Origin: a virus | Lineage: Duplodnaviria > Heunggongvirae > Uroviricota > Caudoviricetes | Reading direction: 5' to 3' (one strand) | Virus record (IMG/VR): IMGVR_UViG_2802429248_000011 | Location: 1 to 19,329 of that record | DNA length: 19,329 nucleotides | Part shown: positions 7,170 through 14,687 of the stretch, piece by piece | Numbering within the stretch: position 1 is the stretch's first letter | How the letters are laid out: the number at the start of each line of letters is the position of its first letter | The notes under the pieces: model-generated | The model's input: only the letters and a program-made list of their open reading frames with translations | What the model was told of the DNA's origin: nothing | Database searches by the model: none | Position numbers and translations under genes: made by a program

Positions 7170-8165
7170 TTACGCCAGCACGCCAATTGCCAGCGCACGA
7201 TCGATAAAACGAAATATCAGCTTCAGCTGGGAGCCATACTTCTCTTCAAATGCCACGGTATCCGCATGCAGCTCGTCGTGATGCTTTCTGCACAAAGGCA
7301 ACACAAAGAGGTCATGCGCTTTTGTAGCCATTCCACCCTGACCGTGGCCTATCAGGTGGTGGGGATCATCAGCAGGCTTTCCACAACATGCACACGGCTG
7401 TGTCTTAACCCAGCGCGTGTACTTTTCGTTAACCCAGCGGCGACGTTTGGGGCGTAACATAAAAGACTCCGGCGACTCCGGATCCACTTTCAGCGCCAGC
7501 ACCTTTTTCGCTTTATCCTGGATAATGCTGGTGGCAGGAACCGAAGGCACAAGGTCACTTTCCCGGGTGACAGACGGCACAACAGGCTTCGGTAATCTCA
7601 GTGCCTTACGGGCTGCACTTTCCGGTAAGGCATCCGCCAGGTCATTACGAATCAGCCACCAGCACAGTTCCGGCATTGTCACAACGTGACTATCATCAAA
7701 ACCGAGATCCCGACGCACAACAGACAACACCCAACGGGCACAGTTATCCGTTGCCATTGATTCCAGCCGTTCCGTGAACTGATCGCGCAGCTGGTTATCG
7801 CAGTGCCAGCACAGACGGATTGCGCCCGGGGCGTGTCGCATTGTGGTCATGTTCTCGCTGTGCCAGTCGGAATGAGGCCACTGGCAGCCCTTTTCACGAA
7901 GTAACCAGCTTTCAAGACATTCCACGCCACCAGCACGACGGATCACTGCCTCATTGCGGAACACGGCCCGAACGGCAGGATCATCCGCCAGCGGTTGTGA
8001 TGCCGCCGGAACGGCACCACTGGCGAAAGATGAATAACGCTCCGGCTCAGGCTCCAGCAGGACACGCCCCTGCATAAACAGGGGCATCAGCTCTGAACCT
8101 GGCCTGAACAATACGATCCCCATACGCGGGGCAATTTCAGGGGTCAGCAGTGCTCTCACGGTCAC
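7170..8165 (-). CDS. ydfU: DUF968-family protein (YdfU-like) with a C-terminal HNH-like Cys/His motif
   Basis: The C-terminus has ...QPCACCGKPADDPHHLIGHGQGGMATKAHDLFVLPLCRKHHDELH. It lies between the replication genes and Q, as YdfU does in Qin. The start is a GTG; the alternative ATG at 8123 lacks an SD. Confidence 0.6.
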   Translation of the reverse strand: MTVRALLTPEIAPRMGIVLFRPGSELMPLFMQGRVLLEPEPERYSSFASGAVPAASQPLADDPAVRAVFRNEAVIRRAGGVECLESWLLREKGCQWPHSDWHSENMTTMRHAPGAIRLCWHCDNQLRDQFTERLESMATDNCARWVLSVVRRDLGFDDSHVVTMPELCWWLIRNDLADALPESAARKALRLPKPVVPSVTRESDLVPSVPATSIIQDKAKKVLALKVDPESPESFMLRPKRRRWVNEKYTRWVKTQPCACCGKPADDPHHLIGHGQGGMATKAHDLFVLPLCRKHHDELHADTVAFEEKYGSQLKLIFRFIDRALAIGVLA

Positions 8166-8211
8166 CTCAGCGAACGGTATTGCATGAACGCAGAAGAAAA
8201 AAATTCAGCCA

Positions 8212-8469
8212 TCACGCAGTAAACTCCTTCACCAGCGTTTCAAACTGGCTTACCTGGCCTTCCAGTTCCGCCACGCAATCCACCAGCTCATCCACCGCCT
8301 TTTGTGTGCGGTGTTTTGCCTGCAGCAGATCACGCAGCGCCGGAGTAAGCTGCTTGCAGAGCGTATCCTTTGCCACGCTCGTTTTTTCCATCTGTTCAGC
8401 ACAACGAAGCATCTCCTGTGCCTGCCGACGAAGTTGTTCCGGTGAAACAGTGGTTGTTCTGTTATTCAA
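8212..8469 (-). CDS. Small coiled-coil hypothetical protein (85 aa), TTG start coupled to the DnaB stop (TTGA overlap)
   Basis: MNNRTTTVSPEQLRRQAQEMLRCAEQMEKTS... SD ACGGAG is upstream. No family was recognised. Confidence 0.45.
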   Translation of the reverse strand: MNNRTTTVSPEQLRRQAQEMLRCAEQMEKTSVAKDTLCKQLTPALRDLLQAKHRTQKAVDELVDCVAELEGQVSQFETLVKEFTA

Positions 8470-9866
8470 AATAAACGCTCCGTTTTACTGCCCGACATGC
8501 GTTTATTGCTGTATCTGCGCGGATTGCCCGGAGTCATGGGTGTGGAAAGAACCCGGGCACTCTCCTGGTCCACAGGCAGAAAATGTCCGTTATAAAAACG
8601 CCGGTAAATCGTCCCCAGAGAACCGTTACGTTGTTTCGTGATATTGATTTCTGCGATGCCCCTGGCCTGCGTATCCGGGTTGTACACTTCATCCCTGTAA
8701 AGCATCAGAATGATGTCTGCATCCGCCTCTATTTCTCCGGAATTTTTCAGGTCCGAGTTCATGGGGCGTTTATTGGGTCTGGATTCCACGCCGCGGGAGA
8801 GCTGGCTAAGAGCAATCAGCGGAAAACCGCCGGATTTTGCCAGGCTTTTAAGTCCCTTTGAGATTTCCCCCACCGCAAGGTCGTGACGCCCCGTGCTGCG
8901 GGTTTTAATCAGGCCGAGGTAATCGACCACCACCAGCGCCGTTTCCGGGTGTTTCATCCGGTGGTGCTTCGTGGTTGCACATATCTCATCAATGGTCAGG
9001 TTTGCCTGGTCCACCATCCAGATATTACGCCCCGTCATTCGTCCCACGCCCTGCGAGAAACGCGCCCAGTCTTCATCTTCAAAACGGGCAACAGACTTAA
9101 GACGTGATACCGGCATTCCTCCAGCCGCAGACACCATACGTTCACCAATCTGGATGTTCGACATCTCCATGGTGAACAGAAGCACACCATGCCCCTGCTC
9201 AGTCACCTTGTCGATGATGTCCAGCGCAAGTTCGGTTTTCCCCATCGAAGGACGGGCGGCAATGAATACCAGGTCTCCGGGCTCCATACCGCCCGTTTTT
9301 GCGTCCAGTTCATCAATACCGGTCATCAGCGCCCTGGATTTCTCCAGTCCCTGATTGCGGCATTCAACACGGTCGACCACTTCCGGAAGGACATCATCAA
9401 TGTGAACCGGCTGAATGACGCCCTTTCCTGTCGACAGTGTGACCATCATGTTCTGCGCATCCTTCAGAGCATCCTCGGCTGCTTCACAGGTATGCGCATC
9501 ACGTAAATTCTGTAATGCTTCAGTCAGTGTTTTTTCTGCATCGCGCAGTGCGGCATTTCGCCGCAGCGCTGCAACATAGTGCTCCAGTGAAGACTTCACC
9601 CAGGTTTTACGCCCGGTGTCGGTAATCACCGGGGCAAGTTCCGGCATCTCATTGCACAGCAGCACGGGGTCAATGACGCCGGATACGCGAGCCTGTCTGC
9701 AAATCCCCGCGTAAATATCCCTGTACTGACGCACGAAAAAGACATCCGCCGGAAGCGTGGCCAGAATATCCATCACTTCCGGATCAGCCCCACGCAGAAA
9801 AAACGCGCCAATCACGGCACCTTCCAGGTCATCGTTACGCCATGCCGGATTTGTCGTTTTTGTCAT
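8466..9866 (-). CDS. dnaB: Replicative DNA helicase, DnaB family (phage-encoded, P22 gp12-like)
   Basis: Walker A (ARPSMGKTELALDI) and the DnaB C-terminal RecA-like fold motifs (LIALSQLSRGVE, ILMLYRDEVY) are present. The start at 9866 has SD AGAGGTG and an ATGA overlap with the DnaC-like stop. The longer ORF-track start (9905) would overlap by 43 nt. Confidence 0.85.
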   Translation of the reverse strand: MTKTTNPAWRNDDLEGAVIGAFFLRGADPEVMDILATLPADVFFVRQYRDIYAGICRQARVSGVIDPVLLCNEMPELAPVITDTGRKTWVKSSLEHYVAALRRNAALRDAEKTLTEALQNLRDAHTCEAAEDALKDAQNMMVTLSTGKGVIQPVHIDDVLPEVVDRVECRNQGLEKSRALMTGIDELDAKTGGMEPGDLVFIAARPSMGKTELALDIIDKVTEQGHGVLLFTMEMSNIQIGERMVSAAGGMPVSRLKSVARFEDEDWARFSQGVGRMTGRNIWMVDQANLTIDEICATTKHHRMKHPETALVVVDYLGLIKTRSTGRHDLAVGEISKGLKSLAKSGGFPLIALSQLSRGVESRPNKRPMNSDLKNSGEIEADADIILMLYRDEVYNPDTQARGIAEINITKQRNGSLGTIYRRFYNGHFLPVDQESARVLSTPMTPGNPRRYSNKRMSGSKTERLF

Positions 9867-10753
9867 GCTGCCACACCTCTGATATGCGCACGGTAGCTTT
9901 CCCAACCAAACACCAGGCAGTTACACCCACCATCAGTAACGCGATCCACAATCCGTTCACCAATGGATTCTTTAAGCTGTTCAAACGTCAGGTTGCTGAT
10001 CAAAATTGTCGGTAAAACGCTTTCGTAACGCGCATTTATGATTTCCTGCAGGATGGTTATCTCTGTAGGCGTGCCGAACTGCACACCAACCTCATCAATG
10101 ATCAGCAGGTTCAGTGAGGCGAAATGAGCGAGAACTTCATCCTCGGTACGCTCTGAATTGTGGCGCCAGGTATTTTTCACAGCGCGGGTCAGTCGCATAA
10201 CATCCGTAATTTCGACGGTCGCCTGGTGGTGGCGAATAATATTTTTTGCCATTGATACAGCCAGATGATTTTTCCCGGTACCACAATTGCCAATCATGAC
10301 CATGCTGGTACCCGCAGCAAGACACTTCTCCCATGAACCGGCATAGCGCCGACAAGCCTCAAGATTTCTCTGTGCGTCAGCATTCACCGCCTGATAATTC
10401 TCAAACTCGCAGTTCTGGAAGCGGCGGGCAATACCAGCCCTGTCGAGTAATTCATGAACTTTCAGGATGCGTAACGCCTCCTGTACCTGATCCAGCTCAT
10501 TCGCAATGCAGGTCGGGCAACCAGACACCCGTTTGATGGTTTCCCCACGAACATCTGGCCCTTTCAACACCAGACGTGTGTATTTCCCGTGTTTCTCACA
10601 CTCAGCAGTATCCTCGCTTGTCAGCCAGTGTTCACAGCGCCACGGACGCTTCCCGACACGGGCAAACTGCATCTCCTCCTCCAGTTCCGCCCTGCGGTTG
10701 AGCAATTGCGCTTTGTCGTGTTGTGCGTAGTGTTTTTTTAACTGTTCAAACAT
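9863..10753 (-). CDS. DnaC/IstB-like AAA+ helicase loader with an N-terminal Cys/His zinc-finger-like extension
   Basis: Walker A (GNCGTGKNHLAVSMAKN) and Walker B (LLIIDEVG) are present. The N-terminus carries CEHW...CEKH...CPTC. Confidence 0.8.
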   Translation of the reverse strand: MFEQLKKHYAQHDKAQLLNRRAELEEEMQFARVGKRPWRCEHWLTSEDTAECEKHGKYTRLVLKGPDVRGETIKRVSGCPTCIANELDQVQEALRILKVHELLDRAGIARRFQNCEFENYQAVNADAQRNLEACRRYAGSWEKCLAAGTSMVMIGNCGTGKNHLAVSMAKNIIRHHQATVEITDVMRLTRAVKNTWRHNSERTEDEVLAHFASLNLLIIDEVGVQFGTPTEITILQEIINARYESVLPTILISNLTFEQLKESIGERIVDRVTDGGCNCLVFGWESYRAHIRGVAA

Positions 10754-10772
10754 TGTTCATCACCTCGAAAAA

Positions 10773-11582
10773 TCACCAGTTGAAGTTCGTTGAACCGTAG
10801 TCCTGCTCACTGAATCCCGAGATCGGGAGGCCGGTAGTTCGCCCACCTCCGGGAGCGGCTGGCTGTTGCCAAGATTCCTCGAAGTGACGATCGGGTCCAA
10901 AGAACGTCGCAGCCTGCTTCACGAACTGTGTGCCGATATTTCCGGTAGCTCGTACCCAGGCGGCATACCGCTTCACGCCATCAAGCATGGTCTCCGGTTT
11001 TATTCCCTCCCTGATACGGGCTTTCCAGGCTTTGAAGGCTGCTGACTTGGAATTGCCACCGGCACGTTTGGGATATTCCTGCCAGGCCTGTTCAAATTCC
11101 GGTGAATATTCCTGTCGGGCAGAACGCGCTGGTGCAGACGCGTCAGCGGATGCGCCAATAGTTGATTCATTGACTGGTTCTTTGACTGGTTCAAAAGAGT
11201 GACTGGTTCTGGGTGAATCTCCTGCACTACCCCCTAGTGCAACTCCTGCACCACCTGGTGAATTTGTTGCACTAGGTAGTGAATTATTTGCACTACCACC
11301 TAGTGAATCTTTTGCACCATCAAGACGAAGAAGATAAATATTGCTCGAGTTGCCTTTTTCACCTTTCCGGGAAACTTTTTTTACCAGTCCCGATTCACAA
11401 AGAGCCGTAATATGATTCATCACAGAACGTTTGCTAATCTCGCACTGATCAGCAATATGCTGATAGCTGGGCCAGCACTCGCCCTGATCGCTGGCATTAT
11501 CAGCCAGCTTAATCAGAACCAGTTTTCGCAATGGATTCCCCACACGAATTTTCATCGCTTTAACCATCAGCTCCATGCTCAT
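10773..11582 (-). CDS. O: Replication initiator, lambda O-like (N-terminal HTH DNA-binding domain, low-complexity linker, C-terminal domain); the gene contains the ori iterons
   Basis: The N-terminus (...ECWPSYQHIADQCEISKRSVMNHITALCESGLV) is a winged-HTH initiator domain. A Gly/Ser/Ala linker is encoded exactly over the iteron array. SD GGGAGGTG is present. Confidence 0.75.
   Translation of the reverse strand: MSMELMVKAMKIRVGNPLRKLVLIKLADNASDQGECWPSYQHIADQCEISKRSVMNHITALCESGLVKKVSRKGEKGNSSNIYLLRLDGAKDSLGGSANNSLPSATNSPGGAGVALGGSAGDSPRTSHSFEPVKEPVNESTIGASADASAPARSARQEYSPEFEQAWQEYPKRAGGNSKSAAFKAWKARIREGIKPETMLDGVKRYAAWVRATGNIGTQFVKQAATFFGPDRHFEESWQQPAAPGGGRTTGLPISGFSEQDYGSTNFNW
11171..11345. 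repeat. ori: Phage replication origin: 3x TGACTGGTTC direct repeats (11171-11209), 4-5 palindromic iterons TGCACTAcc(n)cCTAGTGAAT (about 11224-11321), and a flanking A/T-rich box (11325-11345)
   Basis: The repeats are read directly from the sequence. Spacing is 20-24 bp, about two helical turns. The location inside the initiator gene mirrors the lambda ori inside O. Confidence 0.7.
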
Positions 11583-11803
11583 AGAGCACCTCCCAGGCGT
11601 TTAAACATTTTTCCGGACTGAAACGCCATCAACGGATAGCTAATGGTGTAGTTACGCCCCAGTAATTCACACACAACTTTCTGGCTTTCGGTGCTGACCA
11701 GGCAAACCCGCAGAACGTGACCGTTGCTGGTGGCGAACCACTGCCCCACACGGGGGCAACGGTTGTATCGGTGATACAGGGAATTAACGATGTAGCGGAT
11801 CAT
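11579..11803 (-). CDS. Hypothetical protein (74 aa), early operon
   Basis: SD GGAGGTG is present. ATGA overlaps occur at both ends (11800-11803 and 11579-11582). Confidence 0.5.
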   Translation of the reverse strand: MIRYIVNSLYHRYNRCPRVGQWFATSNGHVLRVCLVSTESQKVVCELLGRNYTISYPLMAFQSGKMFKRLGGAL

Positions 11804-11994
11804 GGACGCACCTCCGCCGTAGTTACGTATTTAACCGGGCTACCTTTCATTGAGATGGTTTCACACATCTCTGCCGCTTTCAGTTCCGCCGTTTTTCTGG
11901 ATTTATAGCGACGGTGCCAGACAGATACATCCGTGCGAACTGATACATCGTTTCTGTATTCCGTAGTGGAGATGATGATTTCGTAACTAATCAT
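11800..11994 (-). CDS. Hypothetical protein (64 aa), early operon
   Basis: The start at 11994 (MISYEIIISTTEY...) has SD GGGAGGT and an ATGA overlap with the upstream stop. The ORF-track start (12009) lies inside the upstream gene. Confidence 0.5.
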   Translation of the reverse strand: MISYEIIISTTEYRNDVSVRTDVSVWHRRYKSRKTAELKAAEMCETISMKGSPVKYVTTAEVRP

Positions 11995-12353
11995 GGGCGT
12001 ACCTCCCATTGATTACGGCGAAAAGCAGTGTGATTCAGGCTGGTTTCAGCCTCATGGAATGCTCCAATGCAGCTCTCGTAGTACCGCATTGTGCGTAGAC
12101 TTAACCCAAGCTGAAGCATCATCAGGCCATCAAGGGTGATGTAATAACCACGCAGGGAGTCACCATAGATGTGGTAAGTACCCGGTATGAAGTTGCGGGT
12201 AAAAAATTCGCGCGAGCAGTTCAGATACTCGATTTTGTCGACGATGTTCTGGTGCATGCGCTTAAAGTGGCAGGCAACATGCAGGGAGAAAATAACAGCT
12301 TTGCCGTTGACGACTTCGATTTTGAGGAATGGGGAAGTTGGGACTGTAGCCAT
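11991..12353 (-). CDS. Hypothetical protein (120 aa from the strongly supported internal start; the open frame extends to 12653/12887)
   Basis: AAGGAGG lies 8 nt before the ATG at 12353 (MATVPTSPFLKIEVVNGK...). The upstream in-frame stretch translates as a low-complexity G/S/A/P-rich sequence. It would overlap the Rha-like gene by 120 nt and contains an antisense terminator, so it is treated as non-coding. Confidence 0.45.
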   Translation of the reverse strand: MATVPTSPFLKIEVVNGKAVIFSLHVACHFKRMHQNIVDKIEYLNCSREFFTRNFIPGTYHIYGDSLRGYYITLDGLMMLQLGLSLRTMRYYESCIGAFHEAETSLNHTAFRRNQWEVRP

Positions 12354-12740
12354 GATGGCAGCCTCCTTGATCGGTGAAAAACTTCCACCACCGGAGCTGC
12401 GAAACTCATGGGTGGTGAACTGAACAGGGTTCGCAGTACCGGCGATCAAGGAAACCGGCGAGCCTTTCGGCTCCCCTGCCCAGCCCACCATAATTCTGGC
12501 GTGCGTGAGCGCAGACGATAAAAAAGACGCTGGCGCGTCGTATATCGCCTTGATCAATTCCGGGCTGCGACCCCCGGCACCCGCTTTATAAGGTGCTGGA
12601 ACAGTGTAACGTCCCGAAATTACAGAATCAATATTTTGGCTTGAAACATTCATATGCTTACTGGTATTTTTACTAACGCAAATGTTCTTGGATGTTACTG
12701 GCTTACTTCTTTGTGAGGTTGCCTTTACTAACGTTGAGCG

Positions 12741-12767
12741 AGCCGGGTCACTACCCGGCTTTTTTTC
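12741..12767 (+). terminator. Strong plus-strand-only intrinsic terminator, antisense to the early-right operon (3' end of a candidate OOP-like sRNA)
   Basis: AGCCGGGT-cact-ACCCGGCT is followed by T7. On the minus strand the hairpin is followed by CGCTCAACG with no U tract, so pR transcripts read through. It overlaps the stop codon of the Rha-like gene. Confidence 0.7.
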
Positions 12768-13473
12768 ACCGCTGCCAACCAATAACCTGAAATAACCCCA
12801 TTTTCGGGTGATACCAGCGAGTCCCTCGCGGTTCTGCTTCCGCCATAACCTGATGGAAAGCAGCCATAAACGGTTCCACGGCAACAATTGCGCGACGTGA
12901 CAACAATCCGTCCGGCGTCATGAACTCATGGGTGTCTGTAGGAATTTGATAAGCGTTCACCAGATTGCGGCATTTATCATCTGACAAACCGGTTTTCGCT
13001 TTCAGTTGGCGATATCCGGCATAGCCCTCACGAATGTTGCCCTTTTTGATTTGCTCAACTGTTTCGGCAACGTGGCTGACTTTTTCTTCCACCTGAGTGA
13101 TCCGTTTCTGCTGACGAACAGCTTCAAGAGCCATCGCGGCAACCATTTCGATTTCGCTCATTGGCTTACGGATCTGTTCTTCCAGTTCGCGCCAGCGATC
13201 TACTAGGCGGGCTGTGAATTCGGGACAAAGCTGTGCGACGACAATGATGCTGTCGCGCTTACCTTGTTCGCCTTCGAAGATGTAAGCACCTACATTTCGT
13301 TTTAATCCTAAGTTGTTGATTATTTCGAAATTCGCCATTGGCGCACTTCGAATAATCCCCTTATCCATGAGCCTTTCAATGCTGCGCTTAACATCTTTGT
13401 GTTGGCTGCCCACCAACTCTGCGATTTCAAGGCTGGTCATGGATGCTTTGCCGTTAAAAATTGCGGTGTTCAT
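12766..13473 (-). CDS. rha: Rha-family phage regulatory protein (intact paralog)
   Basis: The N-terminus ...SMTSLEIAELVGSQHKDVKRSIERLMDKGII... matches the Phage_pRha domain. ATGA coupling with the cro-like stop. Confidence 0.6.
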   Translation of the reverse strand: MNTAIFNGKASMTSLEIAELVGSQHKDVKRSIERLMDKGIIRSAPMANFEIINNLGLKRNVGAYIFEGEQGKRDSIIVVAQLCPEFTARLVDRWRELEEQIRKPMSEIEMVAAMALEAVRQQKRITQVEEKVSHVAETVEQIKKGNIREGYAGYRQLKAKTGLSDDKCRNLVNAYQIPTDTHEFMTPDGLLSRRAIVAVEPFMAAFHQVMAEAEPRGTRWYHPKMGLFQVIGWQR

Positions 13474-13733
13474 TGTTGGTCTCCTGTGGGCTTGTCATCC
13501 TCTGTGTGCGCTAAGCTTGGATGTGGAAAAAGCTCTGGTAGGTCTGGACGAAATTCATACGCTTGGATCTTTCCGTCGACAGCTGCAACCAATAACGGCA
13601 CAAATTCTGGTGAAATCTTGTTCTTGCAGTTCAACCAATCGCAGACTGTTGACTGGGCCTTTCCGCATCGCTTGGCTAAGGCTTGCTGACTTCCAAGAAT
13701 CTCAATAGCTTTCTCTATGGCTTTATGTTTCAT
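13470..13733 (-). CDS. cro: Cro-like / YdaS-like HTH regulator, first gene of the pR operon
   Basis: MKHKAIEKAIEILGSQQALAKRCGKAQSTVCDWLN... is an HTH. SD AGGAG lies 8 nt upstream. The gene is divergent from cI across an operator/promoter region. Confidence 0.65.
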   Translation of the reverse strand: MKHKAIEKAIEILGSQQALAKRCGKAQSTVCDWLNCKNKISPEFVPLLVAAVDGKIQAYEFRPDLPELFPHPSLAHTEDDKPTGDQQ

Positions 13734-13745
13734 AATCGCATCTCC

Positions 13746-13774
13746 TATTGAACGCATAATAACAACAGGAAAAG
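13746..13774 (-). promoter_or_regulatory. pR-like sigma70 promoter for the early-right operon
   Basis: On the minus strand: -35 TTGAAT (13769-13774), 17-bp spacer, -10 TATTAT (13746-13751), about 12 nt to the cro SD. Confidence 0.55.
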
Positions 13775-13808
13775 CGATATTCAACGTTAAACCTAGAACA
13801 TTTATCGG
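13775..13808. promoter_or_regulatory. Operator-like sites in the cro/cI intergenic region (oR): palindrome TATCGGAAAGCCGATA (13793-13808) and related CGTTAAACCTAG (13775-13786)
   Basis: A 16-bp perfect palindrome lies upstream of the pR -35. A second related site abuts the -35. Both resemble the two sites at the promoter downstream of cI. Confidence 0.45.
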
Positions 13809-13852
13809 AAAGCCGATAGACTAGCCAAGATAGAGAGGGGAGGAAAATCGCA

Positions 13853-14545
13853 ATGACATTTTCAGAACGACTTGATTTAGCTATGCGCAACGCAAAATTT
13901 ACGCAAGGTAGGCTGGCCAAAGAAGTGGGTATGGCTCAGTCCAGTGTCAATCAACTACTTAACAAAGCCAACGGTTCCAGAAAAACAGTCGAAATAGCAA
14001 AAGTTTTGGGCGTTAACCCGGAATGGCTCGCATCGGGTGTTGGCCCAATGGAAATCGTGACCTCTGCAGACTCACACCAAATACGTAACATTTCTGAAGA
14101 TTGGGTTACTGATTCGTATGTCGTGGATGTTTTAGACATCAGATATAGTTGCGGACCTGGCAGTTATAACTCTGATTTTCCTGACATTGTCAGATCTATA
14201 GCGATAGAACCAGGATACGCATCAAGAGTTTTTGGCGGCAGACCAGCATCAGCAATCAAAGCAATAAACGCCCACGGCGACAGTATGAAAGGCACAATAG
14301 ACCCTGAAGACTTGGTATTTGTAGATGTATCAGTTCGCACATTTAATGGTGATGGTATATACGCCTTTACATACTCTGGAACATCGCACATCAAAAGACT
14401 TCAAAAAATCAAAGATACTCTAACGGTGATATCTGACAACCCAGCTTACAAGGATTGGGCTATCGAACCGGAAGACTTTGAACAACTTCACATTGACGGA
14501 AAAGTAATTGTCAGTTGGCCTATGACACTACACCGTTTTGCATAA
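13853..14545 (+). CDS. cI: CI-type prophage repressor (N-terminal XRE HTH, C-terminal S24 LexA-like autopeptidase)
   Basis: The N-terminal HTH is QGRLAKEVGMAQSSVNQL. The C-terminus has the Ser nucleophile in AHGDSMKGTI and the Lys in SHIKRLQKI. SD GGGGAGG is present. Confidence 0.85.
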   Translation: MTFSERLDLAMRNAKFTQGRLAKEVGMAQSSVNQLLNKANGSRKTVEIAKVLGVNPEWLASGVGPMEIVTSADSHQIRNISEDWVTDSYVVDVLDIRYSCGPGSYNSDFPDIVRSIAIEPGYASRVFGGRPASAIKAINAHGDSMKGTIDPEDLVFVDVSVRTFNGDGIYAFTYSGTSHIKRLQKIKDTLTVISDNPAYKDWAIEPEDFEQLHIDGKVIVSWPMTLHRFA

Positions 14546-14563
14546 GCAAAAATCATTTAACCC

Positions 14564-14589
14564 GCCCACTCTTAAGTGGGCTTTTTTTT
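14564..14589 (+). terminator. Intrinsic terminator after cI
   Basis: GCCCACT-ctta-AGTGGGC is followed by T8. Confidence 0.75.
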
Positions 14590-14596
14590 GGAAAAA

Positions 14597-14638
14597 ATCG
14601 ATAAACCGATTGACAGGCGAAATCGGTAAACCTATTAT
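14597..14638 (+). promoter_or_regulatory. pL-like sigma70 promoter (-35 TTGACA 14610-14615, 17 bp, -10 TATTAT 14633-14638) flanked or overlapped by two operator-like sites (AATCGATAAACCGATT 14597-14612; AATCGGTAAACCTATT 14621-14636)
   Basis: The -35 is a consensus hexamer and the spacing is ideal. Both flanking 16-mers share the ATCGR-TAAA-CCKAT pattern with the oR palindrome. Confidence 0.6.
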
Positions 14639-14687
14639 TATGGCATAGGTATCGAACTCACCAAAGCAATTATAGAGGATGAGAAAA

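Noticed and set aside
7066-8077. ORFs 7066..7281, 7155..7457, 7417..7689 and 7820..8077 (+)
   Set aside because: All are antisense to the DUF968 and Q genes inside a tightly coupled minus-strand operon. The translations are Ser/Arg-rich.
8150-9506. ORFs 8150..8641, 8583..8861, 8883..9107, 8971..9354 and 9189..9506 (+)
   Set aside because: They are antisense to the DnaB-family helicase and the small coiled-coil gene. The helicase motifs unambiguously define the coding strand.
10137-11621. ORFs 10137..10355 (-), 10333..10536 (+), 10506..10730 (+), 10930..11202 (+), 11000..11227 (-) and 11412..11621 (+)
   Set aside because: These are alternative frames or strands of the DnaC-like and O-like genes. 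The 10930-11227 ORFs derive from the repetitive iteron DNA.
12171-12887. ORFs 12171..12377 (+), 12187..12423 (+), 12221..12409 (-), and the long start of 11991..12887
   Set aside because: The plus ORFs are antisense to a gene with a perfect SD. The 12887 start would overlap the Rha-like gene by 120 nt and cross an antisense terminator, with a low-complexity translation. The frame is retained only from 12353, with 12653 as the alternative.
13006-13920. ORFs 13006..13206, 13313..13708, 13399..13689 (+) and 13723..13920 (-)
   Set aside because: They are antisense to the Rha-like and Cro-like genes, or span the oR/pR/pRM regulatory region and the cI start.
13951-14394. ORFs 13951..14139 and 14164..14394 (-)
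   Set aside because: They are antisense to the CI repressor gene, whose HTH and S24 motifs are clear.
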